From NCBI RefSeq assembly GCF_004010195.1, contig NC_057755.1, positions 5,290,921 to 5,354,920 on the forward strand: 64,000 nt of DNA, written 5' to 3'. This document shows, in pieces, positions 12,933 to 27,409 of this stretch (its first letter is position 1; each line of letters begins with the position of its first letter). Below the pieces are notes generated by a model, which worked only from the letters and a program-made list of their open reading frames with translations, was not told the origin of the DNA and did no database searches. Made by a program: the position numbers and the translations under genes. This DNA is from Chiloscyllium plagiosum. Taxonomy: Eukaryota.

Positions 12933-13587
12933 TAAATCTACACATCCAATCATTTCCAGGGTCTGAGTGAAACTAAAAGAAATGACAAAAATGATATCAG
13001 TGAAAGCAAATCTTTTTCAGTTAAGTGTTTCTTCCTCCATCGCTTATTCCAGAATTCTCCAACAAATATTTCAGGCTCCATTAATAACATGCTGGGTTGC
13101 AATCATCAAAAATAAACACAGGTTCACTCATGCACAAAGCCATTTAGCCGAAAGCCAAACCAATTTTTTCAAACAAATTTATGTTATTGCAGAAATAACT
13201 TCAACTTCAGATGCACAGACAAGCCTACTGCTTGTTCATTCAACAAACCAGAACAACATGCAACCAACTGGTTTTGCAAATTGTACGGCTTATATTTTCA
13301 CAAAGTGATTCATTTAATCAATTCCACCGAAAATCTTCATAGTCTCTGATTTAAATGGAGATTTCTGGATGTTTACCAGAAGAGGGGAATAATTTTCCAG
13401 GCAATTCTTGTGGAATCTGCGATGATGTGGATTCCACGGGGTCCCTGTAATCTGAGACTAAATTACTGATCGTCTGCCTCTGTCTGAATTCCGGGCACAA
13501 TATGCCCATGTGTCAATGTCAGTAGCAGAGTGAACCTGCAGAGAATCCTCAGAGATTCACACAAATTCAAAGGTGCAAGGCACTGAC

Positions 13588-13654
13588 CAGGAATTATTAC
13601 AAACGGAAAGGTTGTGACAAATATTTTCCACACAACATAAATTGAAAACGTCAT
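13588..13654 (-). pseudogene. GPR139-like GPCR copy 1, exon 1 (MTFSIYVVWKIFVTTFPFVIIP + G)
   Basis: 67 nt, ATG at 13654, donor CCTG|GTCAGT. Homologous to 34507-34573 and in frame with exon 2 at 3609. Confidence 0.75.
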
Positions 13655-16600
13655 TTTCTTCAACAATCACTGCGTGATGTCAATTTCTCTGTACTCAATG
13701 CCGAGGTGATAAAGTATCAAAGCCTTTCATTTATGCCTGCTCGCATCGTCTGGGGGACTGTTACATTACAATATGGTTCAATCAATTTATTTACAAAATT
13801 GAACAAACAGGTTTCAGCGGTGAGTTAACTCCCAGTTGTCATCGAGCATTTTCAGAACTGATATTTATTCGATATGCAAATCTCAAATGGTCGATAGCAA
13901 ACATTAGAAAATGCATATTGAAGAAAATCATAGAATCCTTACAACGTGGAAGTATGCCAACGGGCCCATCGAGTCCACACGGACCCTGCAAAGACTATCC
14001 CACCCAGACCCACCAGCTGTCCCTGTGAGGCAGCAAAGCTAAGCACTGAGCCACTGTGCCAACCTGTCCACCAGCATTGACACCATCTGTTGAACTCTGA
14101 AATCTCATTTTACTTCAATGTCATCCTTCCCTTGCCTTTGACCATTTGCAAATTAAATTCCAATTGTTGCGTGTCTCTGAGAAATGTTCTCCTCAACACT
14201 GGGATGTGGCTTCCCTGGTTATCAGGAGCTGCTCTGTGAAGGGATGATAGTTGGTTAATGGAGACGACACTTTGTACGTTTTAATAAATCAAACATCGTG
14301 ATTGAATTCCTCACCCTCCACAGATTCAGCGTCTGAATCAAATGTAACTCCTCCAGTGCAGGCAATAATTGAAATCAATAAATTAATCACTGAAAATTGC
14401 CCTCAAAGGCTATGCAAACTCCAATCAATACAGATCCTTCGACTGGGATACGAATGTCCTGGACATTTTGCAGAGCTGACTCTGAGACACACCTGCTCTG
14501 TGCAGAAGGACATGAGCCTGAGTCAGTCTCTCTTCCCTGCAGTGGACTGAGCATTTACAGAGAAGAAACTCCAAACATCTAACTGATAGTGGTTTGGAAT
14601 AGTTTCAAGCGAGATGGAGAAATGAGGCTGGGGATGGATTTGCACACTCAAGGGTACAGAAATTTCAAAATCTGGATATGTTTGAGAAGTGGTCAATGTT
14701 GTCAATGAGCCCTGCAGTGATGGGAAAATGGGTCTTGCTGTGAGGACTGACAAAATGCAGAAAACACAGAGCAGGAACAAATCTGTCATATTCATGTTCT
14801 TTGGCTAATATTAGTGAGTACTACAATTATCATTCCTCGTGTCACAGCCATTTATAATCTGTATCCATGACTGAGGTGATAGGACCATGTGTTATGCTGG
14901 TGATAGCGCAATGTAAGGTGGACAGTAAAGGAGGAGAGAGGAAGTCTGAGAAAGGGAAGGACAGGTTCAGTGAGTGAACGAGCACAAAAATAGTCTGTGC
15001 AATATAATGTCGAAAAATGAGAAGAATTAATCAACCATTTCAGTCTTGGAAAGATTTCAGGCCACCAATAACTTTTGGATGCTTATCCCAGTCGTAAATC
15101 AAGAGGCAACAGGAATCCTTCCGTTCCATTCAGTGCTAGTATTTTATATTATTCTCTTGAAAACTTGACTTCCCTCAGACCCTTCCAAATTTGAGGAATT
15201 TCACCCTGGGTTTGCATCACATCTGTCCCTCATGTTGAACCCTTGCTCTTCAGTTATCATTCTGGTCAATCGAAGCTGCACTCAAATAGATATGGACTCA
15301 AAACTTGGTTGTTTTTTTGTTTTTTCCTACTTATAAAGTCAGTTGCTGCTGCGTTAGCATCACGTTGCAGCAGTGTGGCAGCTAAATTGATTGACTCTTT
15401 CAGAATCATCCGTCCTGACTTGAAAGAGTCCAGAGTAGTATATTGTCTCAAAAGTGCCGAGGGTCGAGAACAAAACATGTTTTTGGGGTGGGGTGGGCTG
15501 TGAGTGGGCAGGGAGAGGGAAAGTGGGGAAATGAGGAGGTCCTCGTCCACATTGGCGCCAACCCTTCAGAATCTTGCATCCTGCCATTAATCACTCTTTA
15601 TTTACAAAGGCATAAACTTTGACGGAAGTCTGTCTCTGAGTCAGGTACTCAGCATTTCAGTATCCCTGACATTTACCCTTTAGAACCAGCCTGGTCGCCC
15701 TGACTGGCACAGTAATGGCCTCAGTTATGGATATCATATCCAGTATAATCCAGCTCCCCGACCTCATGACAATCACTACCGAGGGAAAAAAAAACAATGA
15801 GTTTCTGAAAGTGGGAATTAAAAGTCGGGAAAGAAATTGAAAAACTATTCCATGGATGAGTCTGAGTGAAAAACGTGTGGCTGGAAACATTTGTTCCATG
15901 AGGAAGGATTTTGGGCATCTCAATCATTGGAAATGTTTCTCAGGCTGGGGCAATCTGAATACATTGTGATTGTTTTGTTTTAATTGGATGGGGATTGCTA
16001 CCCAGCTGGGGAGACATGCGACTGTTGTTGGGGTATATTTAATCAGACCTGTCAGAGGACTGGGAATCAGGGATTAACCTCATTTTGGAGGGAAACGAAT
16101 CTGTCCACGGGAAGTAGACAATCTGAGTGAAAGAGAAAAGCAGCAGAAGCACATTCTGGATCTCCCACGATCTTGTGCGTCTGAAACCTAATCTTCAGGA
16201 TCAAACATTTCCCTACCGTGCCTCACAGATTTAGGACAGAGTTATTTCCAGCTCGTTAGTTTTTCATTTTCGGGAGATGCTCAATAACATATGCGTTAAG
16301 TAACAGTTCCAATCGAAAGATTTTGAAAAATTTGTCTTTATGATGATGTGCAAGGTATTTGTTCTGAAACAGATTGAAAGAACGCATCGATATTTTGAAC
16401 AGTTCACTCCCGCCCAAGAATCTAAAGCCAGAATGCACATTTAAAGGACTAATTTATTACATCTCACAGCATTGGATTGACAGGAGCACAGATGTAAGCA
16501 TGCATCAACTTGTTATATATTTCCAAAAATTACGAACGCAATGAGATAGCATTATGTCACAATATTACTGTAGTTTGGAAGAATGACCATAAAATGCTCA

Positions 16601-16789
16601 AATTGCTTAATAAGTTGGAGAATGAAGAAATTGAATTTGAAACTCAGAGCCATGAAGCTAACGAAGAAGAACAACAAGGAATTGATGCATAAATGGGCAA
16701 ACGTGGAATGAGTTCTCAGTGGATAGGCAATGGCTGAAAAGTATGAAACATCTTAATGAATCACAACACTAATTCAGTCACCTTTCGGA

Positions 16790-17610
16790 CAATAATCAAA
16801 TAGGAAGGGTGACAATGGGCGGCGCTGCCTGATTCCAGGACTGTTCGGGAAGCTTTCTGATTCCCACCCATTTACACAGACGCACTAACGCTGTTGGTAC
16901 AGAGCAGGCCAATCCAATTGCAGGTATCATCCCCAAAGCCAATTTTGGAGAGGACGTCCCACGTATTGGTGTGCAATTTCTTGTAAATTACCTTTTCCTG
17001 GTCAGGCTGGTAAGGCAGGTTTCCAACCTCACTATCACACACATAGACAATTACATCGCTGAGGAGTGCGAGATTCTGAGAAATCGTTCTGCCCAGTATA
17101 GCACAGGTTTGGTCGGGGTGAGTCATTCTTTCCACAGCATACCTGAAATAGTCGGCGATGATCTCAGTCAGGATTCTGTAAATTGCATTTTGCAGTGAAA
17201 CCGGTCGTCAGTCCTCCCTGACCCTCTTCTAATTGTAAATGAGAGGGATGCTAACTTTCCTGTTGGCTACCTGTTCGAAGTGTACTGTTGTCCACTTCCA
17301 GAACGTCCAGGCCAGTCAAGTGCCACGGGGTTAAAACCACGCAAATGATAAGCCATCACTTCTGGAAGCTGTGCGCTTTCCTAAGGACTTGAGCGCCTTG
17401 GTCAGCTTCTCCAACTACTGGTACAGACGTTCGTGTCTGCTGACGCCGAATGCCTCCGTGATAGAGGAGACAAATACGTGGGAGGCCGTACTGTCTGTGC
17501 ACTTCGTTTCATATCGACTGGCATAAAATGATTTGCTGATCCTCAGGATGCGCTCCCAGGTGGTCTCTCTGTCAGTAGAAATAATGCAAAGAACAAAAAG
17601 TCAGTGAAGG
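16790..17610 (-). mobile_element. Tx1-clade (L1-like) LINE RT fragment, decayed
   Basis: HPDQTCAILGRTISQNLALLSD...DQEK...GFGDDTCNWIGLL. Confidence 0.7.
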
Positions 17611-18031
17611 TTCTATCAACTCCGCTCCCCATGATTTCTGCTGTATAGTTCACCTTCTCCTGAGGGAATTTTCGATATGGATATGAATAGGAAGGGAATC
17701 GAGGGATTTGGGACAATTGGCACAATTTAGGATATCGGATGGGCACGGATGAGTTTGATTTTATTCAATTTGTTTGATTTATTGTCACATGTACCAAAGT
17801 GCAGTTAAACGCTTTATTTATGAGCAGTACGGGCCGATGATACTCAGCAATGATGTGCAGAACAAGAAATAATTAAAGAGAAGCTTATAGGTCACATTGC
17901 ACAGGGTGTACAAGAGAGATCCGTGTTCGGAAGGTCAGCATTACTTGAGGCAAGAGAGTCCATTCAATAGTTTCATAACGGCTGGGCAGAAGCTGTTCCT
18001 GGAATGTGTGTGTGCGTGTGTGAACAGATAC

Positions 18032-18032
<1 letters not shown>

Positions 18033-18068
<36 letters not shown>
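18033..18068. repeat. (GT)n microsatellite
   Basis: Pure GT run. Confidence 0.95.
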
Positions 18069-18069
<1 letters not shown>

Positions 18070-18339
18070 CAGACTTCTGCACCTTCTGCCTGAATTTTTA
18101 CCACGGTGGGAGGGGGGTCTAATGGAGTCAATCGATGCAAGTTTGGCACGCAGAGTGACCGGAGTTGTCAGCATGTCAGACTGGGATGAGGTAGGTGATT
18201 GATGCAGAAAATGAATTGATTGAATAAACAGCAAATTCTGTTTTCGTTGTTTATTTCCAGCGTTCACAGATAGTTGGGATTTGCTCAGCTATGTCTCTAG
18301 CCTGTTACATCGGAGGAGGCCATTCAGCAGGTGTAAAAG

Positions 18340-18650
18340 ATGGCCTAGTGGAATTATCACTCGAAGGTTAACCAAGAGACCCAGGTAATGTTCTGGGGAC
18401 CCAGACACAGCAGATGGCGGTATGCAAATTCAATAATAGTCGAGAATTAAAGAGGCTCATGATGACCGATTGTCGGTTCAGTCATACCCTTTAGAGAGGG
18501 AAACTGCTGTCCTTCCCTGGTCAGGACTACATGTACACTCCAGACTCACAACAACGTGGTTGAAACGTCACTGCCCTCTAGGCAATTGGGGATGGCAATT
18601 AATGCTGGGGCTAGCCAGCAACGCCTTCATCCCGAATGTAATAAAACAAA
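18340..18650 (+). mobile_element. SINE-like repeat, family unassigned (paralog ~42335-42655)
   Basis: tggcctagtgg A-box-like head and 3' ...ggcaattggggatggcaattaatgctgg...catccc + A-rich end; recurs in unit 2. Confidence 0.5.
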
Positions 18651-18744
18651 ACCGCCACTTCAAACGATAACAGAGGAATTGGAGGAGGGAATTTCATTCA
18701 TTTTGAGATGACAAAGGGGGAACAGCAGACGTCCATTCATCCCC

Positions 18745-19165
18745 TCAATTTCTTTTGTCATTCAAAATTCTTTACACCTACCAGCCTTTCCTTTCACCCC
18801 AACGTGTATACCCTGTCTCTGGACTCTCGTTATCTCATTTCTGAAGGTGTCCCATTTTCCAGCTACCCCTTTACGTGCAAACATCTGCCCACAATCAGCT
18901 TTTGAAAGTTCTTGCCGAAGACTGTTAAAATTAGCCTTCCTCCAATTTCGAACTTCAACTCTTAGATCTGGTCTATTCTTTTCATTCACTATTTTAAAAC
19001 TAATTTAATTATGATCGCTGACACCAAAGTTCTCCCCCACTGACAACCCCTATCACCTACCCTGCCTTACTTACCAAGTTTTGCATCTTCTCTCATAGGT
19101 ACATACAGATATTACATCAAAAATTATTCTGTGCACACTTAATAAATTACTTTCTATCTAAACCC
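18745..19165 (-). mobile_element. CR1 ORF2 fragment
   Basis: NWRKANFNSLRQELSKAD, homologous to 7606-7977. Confidence 0.75.
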
Positions 19166-21004
19166 TATTATTCTCTATTACTGTGTATTTCATCATTTCT
19201 CTATTACATATTTTTAATCATGTCGATTATCCTGCATGTCATTCAGTCTCTTCCCCAGTGTTTACTTCTCTCCCGATTACTCTTTCTTCCACTTTTTCTG
19301 TCTCTCTCTCTCTCTGGATTTAAGCCTGTATTCGTACTCCATCCCCTCTATTCACTACCTTGTATTTAGTCTTCTCCCTATTAGTCTGTACTTAAACTCC
19401 ACTGTTATTCTTTACTCAACCTGATCGTGATCTGTGTTTGATCTTCTCTATTTCTCTGTAGTTACCCATCCCACTTCATTTGTATTCAGCCCTTTCCCTG
19501 TTACTCTCGTTTGAGTCCTTTCCCTAATACTCTCCATTTAGACTCCTCACAATTACTCTCTATTGCACCTGCTTTATTTAAACCGCACACATGACAATCG
19601 TTAACCTTGACTCTGTATTCACCTTTCTCCATATTACACTCAAATTAGCCCTCTCACTATTGTTCGTCATTTATTCCTCCCCACTCTGGATTAATCCTTT
19701 CCGTTCTCCTGCATTTAACCCTGTCCCTGTAATGCTGTTTTCAACGCGCTTCTCATTACTCTCTATTTATTTTTTCCCTATTACTCTGTGTAAACTCCCC
19801 TTCCTTTTCCCCATACCTGAACATTTCCGTTACTCCCCTGTATTCAACGTTCTCCCTACTACTCTGTATTATATCCTCTCCAGTTCCACAAAGGTGATAA
19901 CCTATCAAGTCACTCTGCATTTATACTTGCATAGGACCTGACACTGACCCAGCAAACACAAAACTGGTTCCTTGAGTGAACAGAACCCTTGACACTACTG
20001 TTTATATCTATCGGCCAGGACTCCCTGTTTGTACCAGGTTAATAGCCGAATCGGAGAGCTCATCTTCAAAGAGATTCTTCTGGATGACCTCATTAGAATC
20101 CCTCCAACTTCCCCTGTATTAACCCTCTCCCTGTGTCCCTGCAATCAGGACTCTCCCCCTTATTCCTTATATAATTCTTCTTTTGTTATTTTCTATTAAA
20201 TCCTCTCCCTTTCTATCTGTAACACTCCCCCTTTTCCTGCACTCAGCTCTCTCCTTATTACGCTTCACTTAGCCCTCTCCTATTGTCTATATTATTCTCA
20301 ACCCATTATTCTCGATTGAATACTCTCCCTTTTACAATCTTTAGTCCTATCTCTCTGTGTATTTAAACCTCTCTGTTTCTCCAGTGCTCTTTAATGATTG
20401 CCCTCCACCCCCACCTACCCCTATTACAGGATATGTGCTTACTCTCTACAATAACCAGAAACCAGGAGTCCCTGACTGAGCAGACCCCACAGCCGCCAAC
20501 ACGGGACGGCCGTTGCTCTGTGCTGCCACCCTTCTGGGCGGCGCAGGCACTGCAGATCCATCCCAAAATGCTGCAGGAGTTCAGCAGCAGCCTCACATGG
20601 TCAGACACTAAATTATTGATGGGAAGAAGATAGGCACAACGTTCGCATAAACAAATACAGTCTTGGTGTATAAATAGTAAAAGCTACAATACACGACAGG
20701 ATTTACACAAAAACGTGGACAGCTCTAATATACAACTATATATATAATCTCAAACATATCTGACACAAACAATATCTAAATTACAATGCACAATAATATT
20801 ACATGTAAACACAATCAGCTCTAATACACGACAATATTTGTACAGACACAAACAGTTCCAATATACAACAATACATAATGTATATTATACACGTAAAATA
20901 TGAAATAACGTGTTTATGAAGAACTGTGGGAAGGAGGTGAATGTACTGTTGCGAAATTTGCAGATGACATAAAGAGTAGGTAGGAAGGTAAATTGGGACA
21001 TTGC

Positions 21005-21800
21005 ATGTGATTTCTTTGGGCCGGGGATTGTGGTGGTCTTCTTGAAGAAAATAGGGTTCTCAGCTTGTTGGAGGGAAAGGTTGAAGATATGGGTGAATAC
21101 CCCCGCCAGTTGGTCTGTACAAGATCTAAGTGCATGGCCAGGGAGTTCATCCAGGCCTATCGCTTTCCTTGGGTTGACTCTCAGGAGAACAGTTCTGAAG
21201 TGTGCATCGGTGATTGAGGGAAGAGGTGTGTCTGGGGTTGTTGGGGCAGGAGTCACTGCACCACTTGCGTTCTGCTCAAACCGAGCAGAGAAATCATTGA
21301 GCGCCTGAGGGAGGAATGTATTTTTCTCCGCTACTTGTTCTGCTTCATTTTGCATCCTGTAAATGATCTTTAAGCCTTGCCATAGGCGGTGGGAGTTTGA
21401 TTGGTTTGTATGGTACTCTTATGTGGTCTGGTCCTCCCTCTTGACACTTCTGCTGGCCCTGCGGAGTTCAGACCTGGATTCCCTGTATAGGTCTGGCTCT
21501 TTCCATTTGAATGTTGCCCGTCTGATCTTCAGTAGGGAGTGGATTTCCTGATTCACATAAGGTTTATGCTTGGGGAACATTTGCACTGCCTTCTCCACTC
21601 TGCAGAACTCCATTCAATTGCCCATGATGGTTGTGATGTGATGGTTGCGGTGCGCTCATCCAGGTTTTCCTCTTAATACTTGGACACGTGCCAGTCCACC
21701 AATTCCAAGCAGTCCCAGAGACTGTCATTCACAGCCTCAGACCAGCATTATACTTCCTTTTGTGAATAGTCCTCCCATTTCAGCTTCTGCTTGTAAGCTG
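21005..21800 (-). mobile_element. Rex1/Babar-type LINE ORF2 fragment, decayed
   Basis: ORF 20885-21355 (PRKAIGLDELPGHALRSCTDQLAGVFTHIFNLSL) and ORF 21419-21613 (FPKHKPYVNQEIHSLLK). Confidence 0.75.
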
Positions 21801-21956
21801 TTTCCACATGTAGGAGAGACTTGGACCCGAGGGCACAGCTTCAGAGTGACCGGACGACATTTCAAGCTGAGAAGAGGACGAATTTCTTCAGATAAGGTGT
21901 CGTTAATCGATGGAAATCGTTGTCGCTGAGGGCTGTGGAGGCCAGCACGTTGAGTG

Positions 21957-24890
21957 TGTGAGATGCTGCTCCTTTAACAAGGTAGTGTTTTACCTGTTTT
22001 TGTTTTAGAATATTTGTTGATGCAGTGATTCTGGGTGTCTAGTTTGGATCGATTGCTGGTCTAATTATTTGATAGCTAAAGGTCACTGCCTCAGGTAAAA
22101 GGCTTTCAAGTTTTGAAATAGAAACTCTTTTGTAGTGAAAGGGGTGTGACCAGTTCTTCCAGCTCAGGTTTCCTCTGGTCTAGTTTGGTTTGTTTTGGTT
22201 AGTTTTTCAGCTGCTGGAAAAAAGAAACGGCTACATGGAAGAAGGTATTCCACACTGAGTCTCTGTCTGACAACTCTCCTGTTAGGCCCTGTGTTGATTT
22301 TACGTTTGAAGTGATGGGAGTTGATGGGGAAAGTTGCTGGATTTTGGAACAACATCATTAAGTTGGGATAATCCGTTGGGTGTTTGGATCGGTTAAGTTA
22401 CGCTGTAGTCTATTCGCTTCTGTTTCTGTTTCATTCTGTACTCTGTAAATAAGTTCTGATTGGTTTAAAAATGAGTGGTTTTGAGCAGGTCCATCACTCC
22501 TGGAATATCCACTTTATACCTGCTCAAAACAACTAGAAATGTTTCAGTCTGGGCTATCTTCTTGAAATGATTTGAGGGTCTCTGCCCTGGCCCATAACAG
22601 ATTGAGTCTCCTTCTGGATTTGTTCTTGGTTGGTTTACACAGTTTGTGGGATGACAATGGCATTTTCAGTCACTGAGAGTTTTCTGTGGGTGGAAGAAGT
22701 TAAGCTTGGGTGTTTTACAAAAGGTGAGCAAGGAAACCCTGCTGGAATTGGCAGTCATTTAGAGTTGTAGCTGTCTCCTTCCTTGAAGAAAGGAGAGATA
22801 ATTACATCAATAGCTCAGAAATAAATTTGCTGGAAACACCATCAGAATCTTTAGAGATTGCAACAATTCAACTGAAAATGAAGCTGCTTTAGTTAGCAGC
22901 AAAAGAAAAGGAAATGACAAATGCAACGAAAATGTTGGAATAGATATTGAAAACAGAGAAACGAGCAAAAGAACGAACCGCTTTAGCAGAACAAAAAGAC
23001 AAGTAGATGGAAAGAGAGAGATAAGAAAAGCAAATAGAGAGAGAGAAGAGAGGCAGGTAGAGAGGCAGTTTGAACTTCAGAAATTGACACTGAGATTGCA
23101 AAGTCAGCTGAAAAGGCTAGAGATGAAGATTGAAGGTAAGCTTAGTCAGGAAGACAGTGAAGATGAGCAAACCCATGCATACCAAAGGCCTGATGAGAGT
23201 CTGTTTAAATATATTCACGGTTTGCCTACATTTGATGAGAAGGATGTGGAAGTGTTTTTCATCTCATTTGAGAAGGAGGCTAAATAAATGAAGTGGTCAG
23301 TGACCATGTGGGTTTTCTGGATACAATCCACACTTGTCAGTGGAGATCATGAGGTATTTGGGGTGTGTGAGGCAGTGAAGAATGTCCTCTCCAGTGCATA
23401 TGAGCTTGTGCTACAAGCTGACAGGTAATATTTCAGAAATCGACGGAGCAATCCTCGTCAAACGTGCGTTGAGAGTGGAAAGGATCAAACAAAGCAGGTT
23501 TGAAAGGAGAATGAGGCCATTACAAATAGAATAAATCTATGATGCTCGTATTTAATTTTAGACGAGCTCAAAAAGTCATTTCCTGATATAATGAGAACTC
23601 ATGTGGAAGAGCAGAGAATTAAACTTTAGCAGCTGAAGTGACTGATGATTATGAGCTAGTTCATAAATCCAAGTTTGCCTTCCAGCATCACTTTCAAACT
23701 GTGAGCAATAGAATTTGGGGAAAAGAGAAATCCTCACATGTAAAGGGAAAAGTAGACTTGGTGAAGACCACAAGGATAACTTACCGCAGTGTGAAATGGA
23801 AAACCTTGAAGGGGAAAGAGAAGTTAAAAAGTTCCAGTGTTTTCAGTGCAATAAGTCAGACCACATGAAATTACCATTGGTGGTTTGGGATAGGCACTGG
23901 AAATCCAGATGAAGGAAAATAGGATAAGCCAGTCAATTTTGTTGCAGTGGTAACCCAAAGCATAGTGGAGGCTAGAAAGTCGAACTAGAATGTACAACCT
24001 GGTTGGAGGTTGGTTAAGGAGGAAGTCCCAGATCTTCTTAAACCGTATACCTGCAAAGGTAATGTTTAATCGCATAGGCCAGAAGCAGCATGTAAAGAGT
24101 TTCAAATCTTAAGAGAAACAGGATCCTCTCGTCTTTGATTTGAAAGATCTATATCTGAAGAATTAATACAGAAAAGAAGCTAGTAATGGGAATTCATGGT
24201 GTGACAAAAGGCAATGAATGACGAAGAGTGAGGGTGGAGTGTCCAGTGAAGAGTAGAGAAGTTGTGGATGTAGGTTGCTCGCTGAATTGCAAGGTTTATA
24301 TCCAGAACCTCCCAGCACAGCGAGCAAACCTACATTCAAAACCTCGACCTGAGTAACAAATCTTCTCAAAACTGGAGAAGTTGTGAGAGGAGTACAGGAC
24401 AAACTCTCAGCTCCAGGAATACAGTTTGCCCTTGCTGATGATATCGCTGATTCACAGGTAAGAGTGCGATCTACTGTGGTTGAATCTATACTCAGGCAAC
24501 TAAACCATGGGAGGACACATATCCTGCTTTTTTTTTCCTGCTTTGCGGTAACAAGGTCACAGAGTGACCAGTTGAAACAGGAAAAATCAAAGAGTACAGA
24601 CAAGGACGTTGACGTGGAATTAGCAGACACCCTGTTTGATCATATGGTTCACACAAACCAGGTGCAAACAAGACAAAGCAGGCATCATTAATTCAGAGAA
24701 ATTAACGGACTTACAGCAGAAAGATGAGAAACCTAACAAATTGTTTCAGAAAGTGTAAATGTAAAAAGAATCTAAATATATCCTGGTGTCCAACTATCTC
24801 AAAAATGATGTCTTAATGAGGAAATGTAGATCATCACATATCCAGGCAGCTGAGAAATTGCTGCAAATTCTTCAAGTTGTCTTGCCAGTG
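21957..24890 (+). mobile_element. Gmr1-like (Ty3/Gypsy) LTR retrotransposon, 5' half: LTR 21957-22599, decayed gag/protease region and following pol sequence
   Basis: TG...CA LTR. Gag remnants LPTFDEKDVEVFFISFEK, TDDYELVHK and zinc-knuckle remnant CFQCNKSDH. Many stops and frameshifts. Confidence 0.78.
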
Positions 24891-26036
24891 TATGTGGAAA
24901 TGTATTGGTTACTGATTAGTAAGTGATATTTATGAAAAGAAGGCAGGATAATAGAATTGAAAAATAGATCCTTCATGATCAAATGGCAGAACAGGCTCAG
25001 TGGGCTGAATGGTCTAATTCCGTTCCTACATTGTAAGGCCTAATCAGAAAGAATTGGAACCCTTAACTTCATTGAACATTTCACTGTCTTGTTTCGTTCA
25101 TTAGGCTAAGTTCTTTGAACGGAAGTAACAGTTCAGCTTTCAGGGTGCAAGAGGCAGACATACTTTATTGAGATATGTCACATCCTTCCAGACATGCGCC
25201 TTTGAGAGCAATTTGTGAAGCGTGACCTGCTCTAGGTTTCTCTCATCCTTTTACAGGAGAGGTTCTCAGACAAAGATAGAACCACACATAGAGGAACACA
25301 CAAACACACCCACATCCTCACACATAGGCAGACACGAAGAAGCACACGCATCCACACTAATACAGTCAAACATGAGCGTACTAACGAACAAAGACAAACA
25401 TACACGCACAAACCCAAACATGCAATAACATGTAATACCAATATATTACATTGGTATTACATGTAATAACAATAACACAGTAATACCAAAATGTGGGAAC
25501 TGACCTGCACAAAATTGCAGAAACATTCACACACCCTCATAACACACACAAGAATACAATCAGAATGCTGAAGGGAGACACACCTACTCACACATGCATG
25601 CATGCACACGCACGCAACCAGAAAAAGGCATCCTTAGACATATAAGAACACACCCATATCACACACACAAAAACAACCATGCTGTGCTATAAGGACACAT
25701 CTACACACAGACACAGAATCACACCCTCACCCTCACGCTCATAGAAGCGAACTTGGAGCAAAAGACAATATACACCAATCTGCAAATAGTGACAGAAACT
25801 TCTTATACATACACACAAGCACAGTCAAACACAGTTACTGAACCACAACCAGAATTAGATACAGACAGAGGGACACTCAGAAACAAACAGAAATATAAAC
25901 GTAGAGAGGCACAGAGAGATCCAGCTGGGGACACAGAAAGATCTTGACACATGAACAGACAGCCAAACACAGTCTGAACAACACAGTCACCTGATTAAAC
26001 AAGAGCACAGCCAGGCAGATACATAACCCGCACTAA

Positions 26037-26580
26037 CACAATAGTAAACTGACACTCACAGAACATTCACAGAACATTCATGACACGCTGACAGTGAAAC
26101 ACTCACACATGCACGCGCATGCACACACTCAGTCATAGGAATTTAACTCTACAAACAGCATACACACAGGCACAAACACAACAGATGCACATATGTAAAA
26201 CACACACATTTATGCAGTCACAGAGGCACAGTAATATCGACGCACATAAAAAACACACTTCACAGAAACACTCGCATACAGAGTAAATAACATTCCCAAA
26301 GACATAAACGCAACTACCACAATAGTAAACTGACACTCACAGAACATTCATGACACGCTGACAGTGAAACACCCACACATGCACGCGCACGCACACACTC
26401 AGTCATAGGAATTTAACTCTACAAACAGCATACACACAGGCACAAACACAACAGATGCACATTGTAAAACACACACATTTATGCAGTCACAGAGGCACAG
26501 TAATATAGACACACATAAAAAACACACTTCACAGAAACACTCGCATACAGAGTAAATAACATTCCCAAAGACATAAACGC
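26037..26580 (+). repeat. ~270-280 bp tandem duplication within a CA-rich low-complexity region
   Basis: cacaatagtaaactgacactcac...aaagacataaacgca occurs twice (starts ~26037 and ~26318). Confidence 0.85.
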
Positions 26581-27409
26581 ATGAATATATAGTCACAGAA
26601 ATACACACAAAGGGAAACCCACACTCAGATGCACAAACACACTCATAATGTGTCACAGTCAGGGACATATCCAACGACAAAAACCAAGGGACACACACAC
26701 AGAGTGAGATCCCCACAAACGTAATGAACCCCCCACAACACACACAGACACCGTAACGCACTGAAAGGGAAACGCATGAACACACTTCCCGCCCAGCCAC
26801 GGGGATAGGAAAGGGAGATGACCAAACTCCAGCCGACTTACTTACAGTAATATGTCAAGGTATTGCTGGCTGTATCTGTGCACTTTGTACTTTGCAAAAT
26901 CACTGCCTGTGGAAAGATCAGTGAACGGAGTGATCGGGAAGTGAGGTCAGTCAATGCACGGGAGCATGTGCTGAACTGAGACAACAAGTGTCTGGCATGA
27001 TCAATGTGAGAAAAAGGCACAGAGGGCGAGACGGAGAGACAGAGAGAAAGAGAGACAAAGAAGGCTAGATCGAGGGAGACGGAGAGACAGACAAACAGAT
27101 AAAAAGCTGGAGAGAGAGAGAACGATACAGACAGGGAGGACCGCATAGAGCATGACAGAAACAGAGAGAGAGAGAGAGAGAGACTGAGCAGGATTCTGAG
27201 AGATAGGGACAGTGGAGAGAGGAAGAGAGGAACAAAGACAGACAGAAAGAGGCAGAGAGAAAGAGCGAGAAAACAAATACCCCTTGAAGAGAGTAGACAG
27301 GAGGTGGACTGAATAAACTCTCTGTCAATAAAAATGCACATCTCCAATCGCCAAGTCATTTTGAGAGGATCACCAACACCCGGAGCCTTTCCTTTGTTGT
27401 AATAAAGTG

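Larger units (their letters stand above)
170..21000 (+). repeat. Older, more diverged tandem unit 1
   Basis: Homologous anchors in the same order as unit 2: 170~21030, 2060~27400, 3609~28521, 11830~33460, 13588~34507, 16440~37460, 18480~42500, 20430~45657, 20940~46597. Confidence 0.8.

Noticed and set aside
25220..27360. Cys/Val/Leu/Ser-rich ORFs (e.g. 26838-27359, 26399-26800; also 1595-2050)
   Set aside because: Translations of CA- and GA-rich low-complexity DNA.
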